A stretch of 64,000 bases of DNA, from NCBI RefSeq assembly GCF_001194135.2, contig NC_069007.1:12784544-12848543 (forward strand). Reading direction: 5' to 3'. The notes beneath the pieces were generated by a model. It saw nothing but the letters and a program-made list of their open reading frames with translations. It searched no databases and had not been told where the DNA came from. The position numbers and the translations under genes were made by a program. The stretch is from Octopus bimaculoides. Lineage: Eukaryota. Of the stretch, positions 26,149 through 38,150 are shown one piece after another. Numbering within the stretch: position 1 is the first letter of the stretch; each line of letters starts with the position of its first letter.

Positions 26149-27487
26149 CTGAAAGAAAAAGAAAACATAGAAATAGGAATAATAATAATAATAATAATGA
26201 TTTCAAATTTTGGCATAAAGCCAACAAGTTCAGGGGAGGGGTTAAGTTGATTATATCGACCCTAGTGCTCAAATGGTACTTATTTTATTGACCCCAAAGG
26301 GATGAAAGGCAAAGTCGACCTCAGCAAAATTTGAACTCAGAACGTAAAGACAGACAAAATGCTGCTGAGCATTTTGCCCAGCATGCTAATGATTCTGCCA
26401 ATGCATCACCTTCATGTGCAGGTAACCAAGGTAACAAAACTGCATGAACATTACATAGAATATGGACAGGAAGTGAACAGTGAATAAGTTGTTAAAAAAA
26501 TAAAAACAGGGGTGGCGGGGGCATCAGGAAGATAAACACTAGTTTTTTTATTTACATTTTTTCTAACCTTTCAGCTTTGAAAATTTGAAAGTNNNNNNNN
26601 NNCACCTTGAAGGTGTAACACCTGAATCTTTCCTAAACCCCACCTTACTGCTTTAAAAAAGGACATGGAGGCTTTGGAACACTGTGTCCCTGAGGAGGTG
26701 GGGAGAAACAGACAGGGTATTCATGGCTAGTCAAAGCTGACCCAGGACTCAACAGAAAAAAAAAAAAAAAGAAACCCACAGAAAACATAACAAAAGCCTG
26801 AAGATGAAGCAGTATATATATTCCATAACAAGTTGTTTACTCATTAAGAGACCTCTCACTGAATAAATTATTGACTCAACTCCAGCTATTTACTCACAAA
26901 GAGTACATTTAAATAACACCGCCTGGAATAAATCAGTTTATTTGTTTGACAGATCATTGTTCTTTTGTAAAAGCTGTGTCAATGAATAATAGATTTAGGT
27001 CATTGCTGCCAACACAGATAAATGATAGAACTTCAACCAACAAGGGAACTAAGTCACAACATCACACCTTTTCAGATGAGGGGCCTTAAGGGATATCTAT
27101 GTGCACCAGAGACATTCTTAAAATACAACTTGGGGTTTTAGAAAATCCATGCTTGACACCTTGAGTATCCGGTAAAAGAGGTTATTTCTAATTACATGTG
27201 ATTAAAAAAGTAGATATGGCCATGTAGGTAAGAAGTTCTTTTCTCAATTACATGGGTTCAGGTTCAATCCTACCACATGTTACTTTGGGCAAGTGCCCTT
27301 TTTTTTTTGGGCACCAGGATGAGCAAGGTCTTATAAACGAATATGGTAGACAGAGACAGCAAGAAGCTACAGTCACAAAATGTCCCCATTTGTAGATTTG
27401 CAGCTGAGTTTCAACTGGTGACATTTGTTCCCATTGTCTATCAACAAGGAATCAGTTAACTCTGTGTTTTGAGATTCCTCTGGAATA

Positions 27488-27520
<33 letters not shown>

Positions 27521-27986
27521 AAAAACTGTTATGGTAAGGGTTATTGACAGGAAGAACATCTGGCTGTAAAAATCCTACCTCTTATTCTACCCTTTCTTCC
27601 CATACTAGCATTAAAAACAGACATTAAACAAACACAATAAATAAACAAGGTAAGCAGGATTTTATTTTTATATTTTTCCTTAAATTTTCAACTTGAAAGC
27701 ATCATTTCTTTCCTATGTAACTTCCCTATGTGAAATTTACCAGAAATTTCTTAATCTCCAGCTTGTCATCAAGTCAAAAAGATTAAAAGACAGTGCTGCA
27801 TTGCAGGGAACATGCTGGAAATGATAGTCTTAAATCTTCCTCAAATCTAAGCACTTGGAGGCCTCCTCACTAGCTTGTGGTGGTATGAGAAATATTGTTT
27901 GTTGATAAAATTGTTTTTACAGCTAGACTAATGACTTTCCTACTCCCAGTTTTTCTTTTTTCTTTTTATATTGTGAAGTTATTTAA

Positions 27987-28204
27987 CCCTTTTGATACCA
28001 ACTACCTGAGACTGCCCCAGGCTCTATGACAAACTTATTGTTTCAAAAAAGGTCTAAATTATGATCTTCCATCAAATGTTTTCGCTAAATTGTTCCAGGT
28101 CCCAGTTTAATAATGCAAAAGTTATTTTACTAAATTCTTCATTATTTTAAAAATTAATTGAAACAAAGGCAACATATGTTAACAGAAACATAGTAACAAA
28201 AGGG
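27987..28204. mobile_element. piggyBac-type MITE (family 1)
   Basis: TTAA|CCCTTTTGATAC ... GTAACAAAAGGG|TTAA. Confidence 0.8.
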
Positions 28205-29329
28205 TTAACATTTTAGCAGTCAGATTACTGTCAAGATATAATACTTCTTTATTCATGTTTTGAACCCCTAAAAAAAAAACAGCTACAGTAGTAGCATCTA
28301 ATGTACTTCCACAGTCCCCATCTGGCAATGCCGGTCAGGAGAGGAGGTCAATGAGAGGGTTAGGGGAGAAAATATTTGGTCAATGGTGCCAGACATACTA
28401 CATAGGGAATTTGGAGTGGACAGAGCTGGGAGCTTCTCAGGAGAACAACACAACAACAACATAAAAAGATTTTAAGTGATTAATAGATCTCTTCGCAGTT
28501 AATTATCAACAATTGTATTCATCATTAAAATGAATAATTAGTATTATTAACATGGTGAGCTGGAAAAATTGTTAACATGCCAGTCAAAATGCTTAGCGGT
28601 ATTTAGTCTGTCTTCATGTTCTGAGTGGAAATTCTGCCGGGGTCGACTTTGTCTTTTATCCTTTCGGGGTCAATAAAATAAGTACCAGTAAAACACTGGG
28701 GTCAATGTAATCAACTTACCTACCCCTCCGAGGTTGTTGGCCTTGAGCCAAAATTTGAAACTATTATTATCGTTATCATTGAGTGAAGGAGCAATGCATG
28801 CCATCAAAGTGACACTGGGGTAAAATATACGAAGCCCAGTATACCCATCATGACTACCCGTCTGATAAGGGTGCACTAGGCACATGCATCACAACTATAT
28901 GTGCACGACATGGTGATCTCAAAGCAAAATAAACAGTGCATGACCTTACAGATGAGGCCCAGTTAGAATTTTCTTCAGGTTGAGTAGCCTATCCCACTCA
29001 AAAAGTCCCTGAATAAAGGTTGTTTAAGGATGTTGAACGACACACTTATGTTTCCAGAGGTGAATTATCCAAACCCCAAAGAATTCTTCTCAACACCTGG
29101 CTTTGATGTTAATTTCTGCTCATGATCAGAGATGCACATATTGTCAGCCAGCAAGGAATATGCTCAACTGGTTGAGCAGCTGACAAGCAAATCTGTGGTG
29201 TTGAGCAGAATATATGCTGTAGCCCATCTTTTATACCAAGACAAAACAATGTACATGATAACACTTCCAATCAGTTAAGATCAGAAGCCATGAAAGCCAC
29301 TGCCTGGTACGGCATCAGAGAATTGGAGA

Positions 29330-30825
29330 CCAAGCTGGCAGAATAGTAACCATGCTGGAAAAAACACTTAACAGCAAAGTCCAAAGTCAACTTTGCCGTT
29401 CATCCTTTCAAGGTTGATCCCAGTACTCAACCGATACAACATTTCAGGCCTTGTGCCTATTAGTAGAAAGAATTATTAAAGTGGTGAGTTGGTAGAATCA
29501 GTGGAGTATAGAATATACTTTACAGCATTTCTTTCAGCTTGCTACATTTGGAGTTCAAATCTTGCCGAAGTCAACTTCTTTGTTCTTTTGGGGGAATCAA
29601 TAAAATAAAGTACCAGTCATATACTGAGATCAATGTAATAGATTAACCCTCCTACCCTTCAAAATTTCAAGCCTTATGCCTAAATCAGAAATTATTATTA
29701 TTATTGAGTGGTTGGCGTTAGGAAGGGCATCCAGCTGTAGAAACTCTGCCAAATCAGACTGGAGCCTGGTGTTGCCATCCGGTTTCACCAGTCCTCAGTC
29801 AAATCGTCCAACCGATGCTAGCATGGAAAGTGGACGTTAAACGATGATGATGATGATTATTATTACTTGAGGCAGCACGCTGGCAGAATTGCCAGCGTGC
29901 TGGGCAAAATACTTAGCAATATTTCACCCATCGCTATGTTCTGAGTTCAAATTCCACCGAGGTTGACTTTATCTTTCATCCTTTCTGGGTCAGATAAAAT
30001 AGATATGAGTTGAACACTGGGGATCAATGTAATCAATTCATCCCCACCCCCAAAATTGCTGCCCTTGTGGCAAAATTTGAAACTTATTATTATTATCATT
30101 ATTATTATTATTATTATTATTAAGCTGGCAGAATTGTTAATGCACTGAGCAAAATGCTTAGCAGCATTTTATCCATCCTTACATTCAGAGTTCAAATTCC
30201 ACCAAGGTCAACTTTGCCTTTCATCCTTTCGGTGTCAATGAAATAAGTACCAGTGCATTACTGGGATTGATGTAATTGACTGCCCCTTCCCCTTCAAAAT
30301 TTCAGGCCTTGCGCCTATAATAGAAATTATTACTATTATCATCATCATCATCATCATCATCATTGCAAGTTAATAAAATCATAAAAATGCAGACAAAATG
30401 CTGAGTAGCATTTCATTCATCTTTTTGCTCTGAATTCAAATTCTACCAAGGTTGACTTTGCCTTTCATCTTTTTATTTTTTGGTGGGGGTCAATAAATTA
30501 AGCATCAGTTAAGTGCCGAAAACAATGTAATCAACTTACCCCCTCACCACCACCACCACCCGCCCTCCACTTGCCTGTCTTGTGCCAAAATTTGAACACA
30601 ACATTATTATTAATATCATTAAGGCAGCAAGCCGACAGAATTGTTAGCACACCAGGCAAAATGCTGAGCAGTATTTCGCCCGTTGCTCCGTTCTGAGTTC
30701 AAGTTCCACCGAGGTCGACTTTATCATTCAGAGTTGATAAATTAAGTACCAGTTACATACTGGAGTTGATCTAATCAACTGGCCCCCTCCCCAAAAATTT
30801 TGGGCTTGTGCCTAGAGTAGAAATG

Positions 30826-30857
<32 letters not shown>

Positions 30858-31080
30858 CATTATTATTATTGTCATTATCATTACCTGAGTGGTTGGCGTT
30901 AGGAAGGGCATCCAGCTGTAGAAACTCTGCCAAATTAGATTGGAGCCTGATGTTGCCATCCGGTTTCACCAGTCCTCAGTCAAATCGTCCAACCCATGCT
31001 AGCATGGAAAGCGGACGTTAAACGATGATGATGATGATGATGATGATTATTATTATTATTGTCATTATTATTACCATTAT
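29330..31080 (+). repeat. Head-to-tail stack of SINE-A copies and RTE tails joined by (ATT/ATC/GAT)n tracts; similar stacks at 35245-36260 and 48435-49075
   Basis: About 6 same-orientation SINE-A units, each ending in a trinucleotide microsatellite. Confidence 0.85.
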
Positions 31081-33615
31081 TATTATTATTACCATATGTT
31101 TGCTATTTGGTATATATTAGTATATATTGATTCATTTTTAATTGTTTTGTTGTTCCTGTACTATTAATGTTGGAATTTAGGTCTAGGTTACATGGAGAAT
31201 AAATTGAACTAAATGAATTATTAATAATCAGGCCAGACTGAAGTATTATTGTGTTTGTTTGTTCAGTCAGAGAAGAGACAGTCAAGTTCTGTCAGGTTAA
31301 TGACATTGCTCCAATTCATATGCAGTTAGAACATTTGGAGAGAGTACTTGAGCAAGGGGCACAATTCCATAAGGTGAAATAACTGACGGTGGGGGGGGGG
31401 GTTATGTTTTCTGTAGTAGTTTCAGGTCAAGAGCTGCAGTCATGCTGGAGCACAGCTGTTAGAAATAAGTTGATATTGGTTTCAAATTTTGACATAAGGT
31501 CAGCAACTTCAGGAAGGGGGTAGGTTGATTACATCGACCCCAATACGCAACTAGTAGGAGATACTTGCCCAGATACTTGCACTGGAATGGAACTTTATTT
31601 ATTGAGCCCCAAATAGATCAAAGGAAAAGTTGATTCCGGCAATATTTAACCCTTTGGTACTCATTATTCTGTCAAATGTAATGATTTTTTTTTATTCACA
31701 TTGTTTGGAATTAATCATGCATTATCTCACAGCTTTGAGATTTCAATGATGTGATTACTCTCTCTTTTACTTGTTTCAGTCATTTGACTGTGGCCATGCT
31801 GAAGCACCGCCTTTAGTCAAGCAAATCGACCCCAGGACTTATTCTTTGTAAGCCTAGTACTTATTCTATTGGTCTCTTTTGCCGAACCGCTAAGTTACGG
31901 GGATGTAAACACACCAGCAACAGTTGTCAAACGATGTTCGAGGACAAAGACAGACACACATATATATACATATATATATGCAACAGGCTTCTTTCAGTTT
32001 CCGTCTACCAAATCCACTCACAAGGTTTTGGTCGGCCCGAGGCTATAGTAGAAGACACTTGGCCAAGGTGCCACGCAATGGGACTGAATCCAGAACCATG
32101 TGGTTGGTAAGCAAGCTACTTACCACACAGCCATGATTTATACAATGACATAGTAGGATAGGCGTGAGAGGCCAGAGTTGGCTGGTTTGAACATAAAACA
32201 ATATTTTGGTCTGGTGTGGCTGGTTTAAACACTAAAGGGTTAAACTCAAACCACAGAGAACAAGAATAAGTCAACAAGGTCAACACAATTATGTTCAACA
32301 GCTCCTTACTTGAACCGATTAAAATAGAAATAAAAAGGAATTTCTCCATATTTTCAATTCAACGGTAAATAAAATTAATAGGATTTGACATTATAAAAAC
32401 CAATTTATGATAGACACAAAAAAAAAAAAGCAACTCATAATTATCTCCCCTTTTTGAAATTTGACAGAGGAGGAAAAGTGGTATCCATAACATATGTTGT
32501 GGTACCTCAGAGACTGAAAAGCAATGGATTAAGCCATCATCTTCATTTAACATCTGTTTTCCAGGCTGGTATGAGTTAGATGGTTTGACTGTAAATTGGT
32601 AAGCTGGAGAGCTGCAGCAGATTTCAATCTGATTTGGCAAGGTTGCTATGGATGGATGCCCTTCCTAATGCCAACCAATCTAAGACTGTGGTGGGTGTTC
32701 TTCACATGCCACGAGCATGGGTGCCACTGACTTGACAGGTCTACACAAGCACAGTATATCACCAAAGGCCTCAGTCACCTGTCACTGCCTCCATGAAGCC
32801 CAACGCTTGAACAGTGCTTTTTACGTGCCTGTCAGACGGCACAACATTTGATTTGCAACAGAAAGAAATGATGCATCAAAACACTGAGTTTATTCTAGGT
32901 GTGTGTAGTGTTTTCTGCTATGCATATGTAGCATGTTTTCTCGTGTGTGTCTTGTATGTGGTGCATCTTTTCTCCGATGTAAGTAGTGTCTTCTATATGG
33001 AAGTGTTTTCTATAAGTGCGTGTGAGGGTGATTTCTTCAGTGTGTGTGTGAGCTTTCTCCAATGTATAAGCTGTGTGTTTTCTCCTGTGTTAAGAACTGG
33101 GTATTTTCTCATGTCTGGCTTGGCATTTTCTCCCTATCTGCAAGAACCATCAGTGACAAGATTTTAGTTTGACATTCATCTTGGTAGGAGGGAGAGTTAC
33201 CATGGGTAAATAGCTAATTAGTGGTGGTCGTGGTGGTATTTGCATTGATAAACCCACAACCTCCATACTGATTATGCAATGTAAACAAAGGGTGCACAAA
33301 AGACGCAGTGAGATGCAAAGCAGGCTGAAAGAGAAGAAGGTGCACATAAGTAGCAGACATACAGATGTAATTAGAGATAGAGTATCACTGAAATGTAATA
33401 TTGTAACTGACTGTACTTAGAAGGGGTTGACAGGGTCTGTTACCTAGGCAACAGATTCAGCAGTGGGAGTGAGTGTTGTAAAAATAGAGCGATTAAAGTT
33501 GTTATGACTATGAATAGGAGCAGACATGGCTGTGTGGTAAGAAGCTTGCTTCCCAACCACATGGTTCCAGGTGGATTGTGAGTGGATTTGGGAGATGGAA
33601 ACTGAAAAGAAGTTC

Positions 33616-33654
<39 letters not shown>

Positions 33655-34240
33655 ATCTTTGTGTATCTTTGTGTATCTCCCCCACCACTTGACAACCGGT
33701 GTCGGTGTGCTTACGTCCCTGTAACTTAGCAGTTCAGCAAAAGAAACTAATAGAATAAATACCAGACTTTAAAAAATTTTTTTTAAAGTACTGGGGTTGA
33801 TTCATTTGACTAAAAACTCTTCAAGGTGGTGCCCCAGCATGGCCACAGTCTAATGACTGAAACAAGTAACAGATAAAAAAAATAAAGATTTACATAGGAA
33901 CCAGTGTTACAAGAGAGAACTATTACCTCTGCTGGCAATAAAAGGTTTCCATCTTCAAGTGAAGAACGATTACAATATCACACTTTGCTTGTAGGCAAAG
34001 TGTAGAATTACATGGCGGTGAGATATGTTGAATGGAGAGGATGTGCAAAAGATGAGAAAAAGAGAAAAGGAAAAAAAACGCAATACCTATTTCTGAGGGA
34101 TTAGAATATAGATCTACGAATGTGAATAGTGCAAAATATTCAATGTGTGTCTATCATCTGTGAGAACTCAGAACTGGTTAAAGAGTATATTAGTGATATG
34201 ACAGTGTTAATAATAATAATAATCCTTTCTACTATAGGCA

Positions 34241-34271
<31 letters not shown>

Positions 34272-34995
34272 GTTTAACGTCCTCCTTCCATCCTGGTATG
34301 GGTTGGATGGTTTGACCAAAACTGGCCAGGCAGAGAACTGCATCAGAATTGTGTGTTTGTTTTGGCACGGATTTTATAGGTGGATGCCTTTCCTAACACC
34401 AATCACCAGCAGAGTGGACTCAGTGCATTTTACATGGCACCAGCAAGATCCGTTTTGGCATGGTTTTTACAGCTGGATGCCTGTCCTAACACCAACCACT
34501 TTACAAGGTGGACTGGATGTTTTTTTACATGGCACCAGGATCACTGAGTAACTCATAAGCAAAAGATCCTTTGAGAGGGGTGGAGCATTGAAGGAAGGGG
34601 CATTGAGTCAATGGGTATGAATATGTAGAACTGTATAAAAAATACGAAGCCTTCCAACAGTCATATAAACACAAGCAACAGTTAATGCATTCTGGGTAGC
34701 AGAGCATTGTGGGTCACTGCTGGTGCATGTTATTCCAATTCAAAACCTGAAAGTTGAGGAAGGTGTTTAGTCAATTACATCGAACCTCAGTGTGTGACTG
34801 GTATGTTATTTTATCAACCTCGAAAGGGTGAAAGGCAAAATTGATGAGTAATGTCAGACAAGGAAAACTGCTTGTATGGATGTTATGTTCATGAAGGATG
34901 CAAATTGGGTGAAGAATTATTGCATGATCCAACCTGACTTTAAAAAAAAAAAAAACTGGTTCCGAAGACAGACAGAAATCAAAATAAATACTAAC

Positions 34996-35073
34996 ATCAT
35001 GTTTCTTGCATATTTCCCACGACTGGTTTTCGCTGATCACATGAACATGTGGACAATTGGATGACTGGCGCAT
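34996..35073 (-). CDS. USP20: USP20/USP33-like deubiquitinase, coding exon 1 (start of ZnF-UBP domain)
   Basis: Translates MRQSSNCPHVHVISENQSWEICKKHD, containing the CPH motif that opens the zf-UBP domain. Acceptor ctcttgtAG precedes 35097 and donor GTTAGT follows 34996, phase 0. Confidence 0.88.
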
Positions 35074-37135
35074 TATAGCTGGCTTCGTTTGGACACTCTA
35101 CAAGAGAAAGAAAAAGCGAATAAAAATTAACGAGCATCTATATTAATCATAAAGAATTTTTTGGTTTGTTACTTTTTAAAACATTAAAACACACACAATA
35201 AAGTAAATAAATAAGTAGCAATGTTCATCATCATCATCATCATCAAGGCATTTTGTCCATCTTACCAAGGTGGTCTTTGCCTTTCATCCTTTCAAGGGTC
35301 AACAAAATAAGTACCAGTTGAGCACTGGGGTCTATGTAATTGACTTACACCTGCCCTAAAAATTGCTGGCCTTGTGCCAAAATTTGAAATCATTATCATT
35401 ACTATTATTATTAAGCCAGTGAGCTGGCCGAATTGTTAGCACGCTAGATGAAATACTTAGCAGTACTTTGCCAGTTGTTATGTTCTGAGTTCAAATTCCA
35501 CCAAGGTTGACTTTGCCATTCATCCTTTTGGGGGTCAATAAATTAAGTACCAGTTACGCACTGAGGTTGGTGTAATCGACTAGTTCCCTCCCACCAAATC
35601 TGAGGCCTTGTGCCTCCAGTAGAAAGGATTATTATTATTATTAAAGTGGTAAGCTGGCAGAATCATTAGCATGCCAGGCAAAATGCTTTATGACACTTCA
35701 TCCGTCTTCACGTTCCGAGTTCAAATTCTGCCAAGGTTGACCTTACCTTTCATCATTTCAGGGGTCGATAAATTAAGTACCAGTGAAACACTGGGATCAA
35801 TGTAATAGACTAGTCTCCTTCCCCAAAATTTCAGGCCTTGTGCCTTTAGTAGAAAGCTGGCAGAATTGTTAGCATGCTGGGCGAAATGCTTAGTATTTCG
35901 CCCATCACTACATTCCAAGTTCAAATACCACTCAGGGTCGATAAATTAAGTACCAGTTGAATACTGGGATCAATGTAATCGACTCATCACTTCCCCCAAA
36001 ATGGCTACCCTTGTTGCAAAATTTGAAACCATTATTATTATTATTATTATTGTTATTATTACTGAGGTAGTGAGCTAGCAGAATTGTTAGAACACTGAGA
36101 AAAATGCTTAGCAGCATTTTGTCCATCTTTACATTCTGAGTTCAAATGCTGCCAAGGTGGACTTTGCCTTTCATCCCTTTGGGGTCAATAAAATTAGTAC
36201 CAATGAAGCACTGGGGTCAATACAATTGACTTACCCAAACCCCTAAAGTTGCCAGCCTTATGCCAAAATTCCTAACTGATATTCATCATCTTTTAATGCC
36301 TGTTTTTCCATGTTGGAATGGGCTGGATGGTTCAACAGAAGCTGACAAGCCAGAGAACTGCACCAAGCTCCATTATCAGCTTTGGCATGGTTCTTTTTAT
36401 GGCTGGATGCCGTTCCTAATGCCGACCACTTTGCAGAATGTACTGGATGCTTTTTAAATATGGTAATTCCTTGACTATCGCAGGTGTTACATTCCAAAAC
36501 CCACCATGACAGGTGAAAATCCGCAAAGTAGAAACAGTATTATCATTTTCATAATTTGTATATATTTTATTATAAATGCAAGACAACACCACGGAGGAAT
36601 TGACGTAAGCTTAAATAATAAACCACAATATGGCGAGGGATTACTGTAGCACCAACAACAGTGAGGGCACACCACAAGGTAACTCAAAAGATGGGACCCC
36701 TTAACTGAGAGGGGGAAGTAATATTGAGGAAAGTGGCTTTATACTAGGTGATGAAAGGTTAAAGTAGGATAGAGGGTCTGAAACAGATGTCCCCCACTAC
36801 TGCTTGACAACCAGGGATGGTTTGTTTATGTCTCTGTAACTGAGCAGTTTGGCAAGGGAGACCAATAGAATAAGTACCAGATTCATTCAACTAAAACATT
36901 TTTCAAGGCAGTGCCCCAGTATGGCCGCAGTCTAACAACTGAAACAAATAAGAGATGTTAAGCATGAAACCTGGAGCACAAGTGAGCTGCGTGAGAGGGG
37001 ATGGTCACTAAAGACATTTGCTTGTGTAAGAAAGTTGGTATAGTCTATTGGATGTGTAATGTTATCCAGAATGCAAAGTTGCAGCAGAAGTGAGCTTTGA
37101 GGTTGATGGCTGGGTGCTGAAGACGTTGGCTAAAG

Positions 37136-37394
37136 CAGTGGTTCCCAAACATTTTCGAGCTGCCGTTCTTGACACCCAGTCCCCACCCCAACTAACCATC
37201 ACAAACATAGACCTCTTTCTGAAGCAAATTCAAAACAACTGTATTTAACAAATAAAAACTTAACATAATGAACCCATTATTTTGTTGTTTTTACATGAAT
37301 CGCTACCCTGTTATTGCCCCACTTTTCTTCAACGTCCCCTTGGACCTTTCCACTGCACCCAGGGGGGCAATACCACCCACTTTGGGAACCACTG
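37136..37394. mobile_element. hAT (Charlie-type) MITE
   Basis: Perfect 14-bp TIR CAGTGGTTCCCAAA and perfect 8-bp TSD GGCTAAAG at 37128-37135 and 37395-37402. Confidence 0.93.
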
Positions 37395-37859
37395 GGCTAA
37401 AGTATGCTGGAGAGATGACTATTGGAACAGCTGTTTGGAAGTGGTAAAATAAAGAGTACTGAGTGAGAAAGAAGGGATACACTGAGTAATGCTCAACACA
37501 TGCAAACAGATGAGATGGTCATGGTTGGACCACTTTTGATTATGGGTTAGCTCAACCGGGGATGAACTACAACTAAAACAAGTTCTGAATTATTTCTTTG
37601 TTGTAATCATGTTACCCACAATCACTGTCACATGACTTGGAAGTAATTTAAAATTAACAATTAATAAACTGAGTCAATGAGGGAGCTTGTATGTGGTTGC
37701 TTGAATTGCTAGAAATAGCACCCAAATAAACTTCATGAAATAAACAAGGCTGAAATGCTTGATCAGGTTCACATGGGCAGAACATAAATTAAAATAATAC
37801 ATTTGCAGGAAGGTCCAAGCGTCCTATTGTTTTGCAGGCCTGAAAATAACAACCAAGAT

Positions 37860-38150
37860 TTACCCAAAGTGACTGAGAAGATTCAGTAGAAAAGAATGAG
37901 AATTGCTGGTCATTGCATCGGTCACCCAGAAGAACCTGTGTCAGTGTCAATTGGTCTTATGACAGTTAGTTGAGAGAAGAATCAACAGGGGAAGAAAGCA
38001 TCAAACCTATGTGGACAACTTGTTTTAAGGACAGTGGAATGGCAAATGTTGAGAAATTAAGAAAATACATGGAGGACCGTGGTGGATGGTGTGCTTGTAT
38101 GAAATCACTGAAGCATTTGGGAAGATGGCCAAACTAAAACTGAACTGAAA
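37860..38150 (+). mobile_element. 3' end of an RTE/RTEX-like LINE
   Basis: Translates LPKVTEKIQ*KRMRIAGHC...GRKHQTYVDNL...DRGGW, the C-terminal R..GH...GR...W pattern, and ends in a short CTAAAA/CTGAA repeat tail. Confidence 0.6.

Noticed and set aside
32890-33115. Minus-strand ACAGGAGAAAA-like motifs suggesting C2H2 zinc-finger TGEK linkers
   Set aside because: The spacing is ~25-30 nt rather than 84 nt, there is no Cys/His pattern, and there is no sustained ORF. It is a degenerate low-complexity repeat.
29330-36260. Regularly recurring repeats with spacers, superficially CRISPR-like
   Set aside because: This is eukaryotic DNA with ~200-bp SINE units, non-unique spacers and no cas genes.
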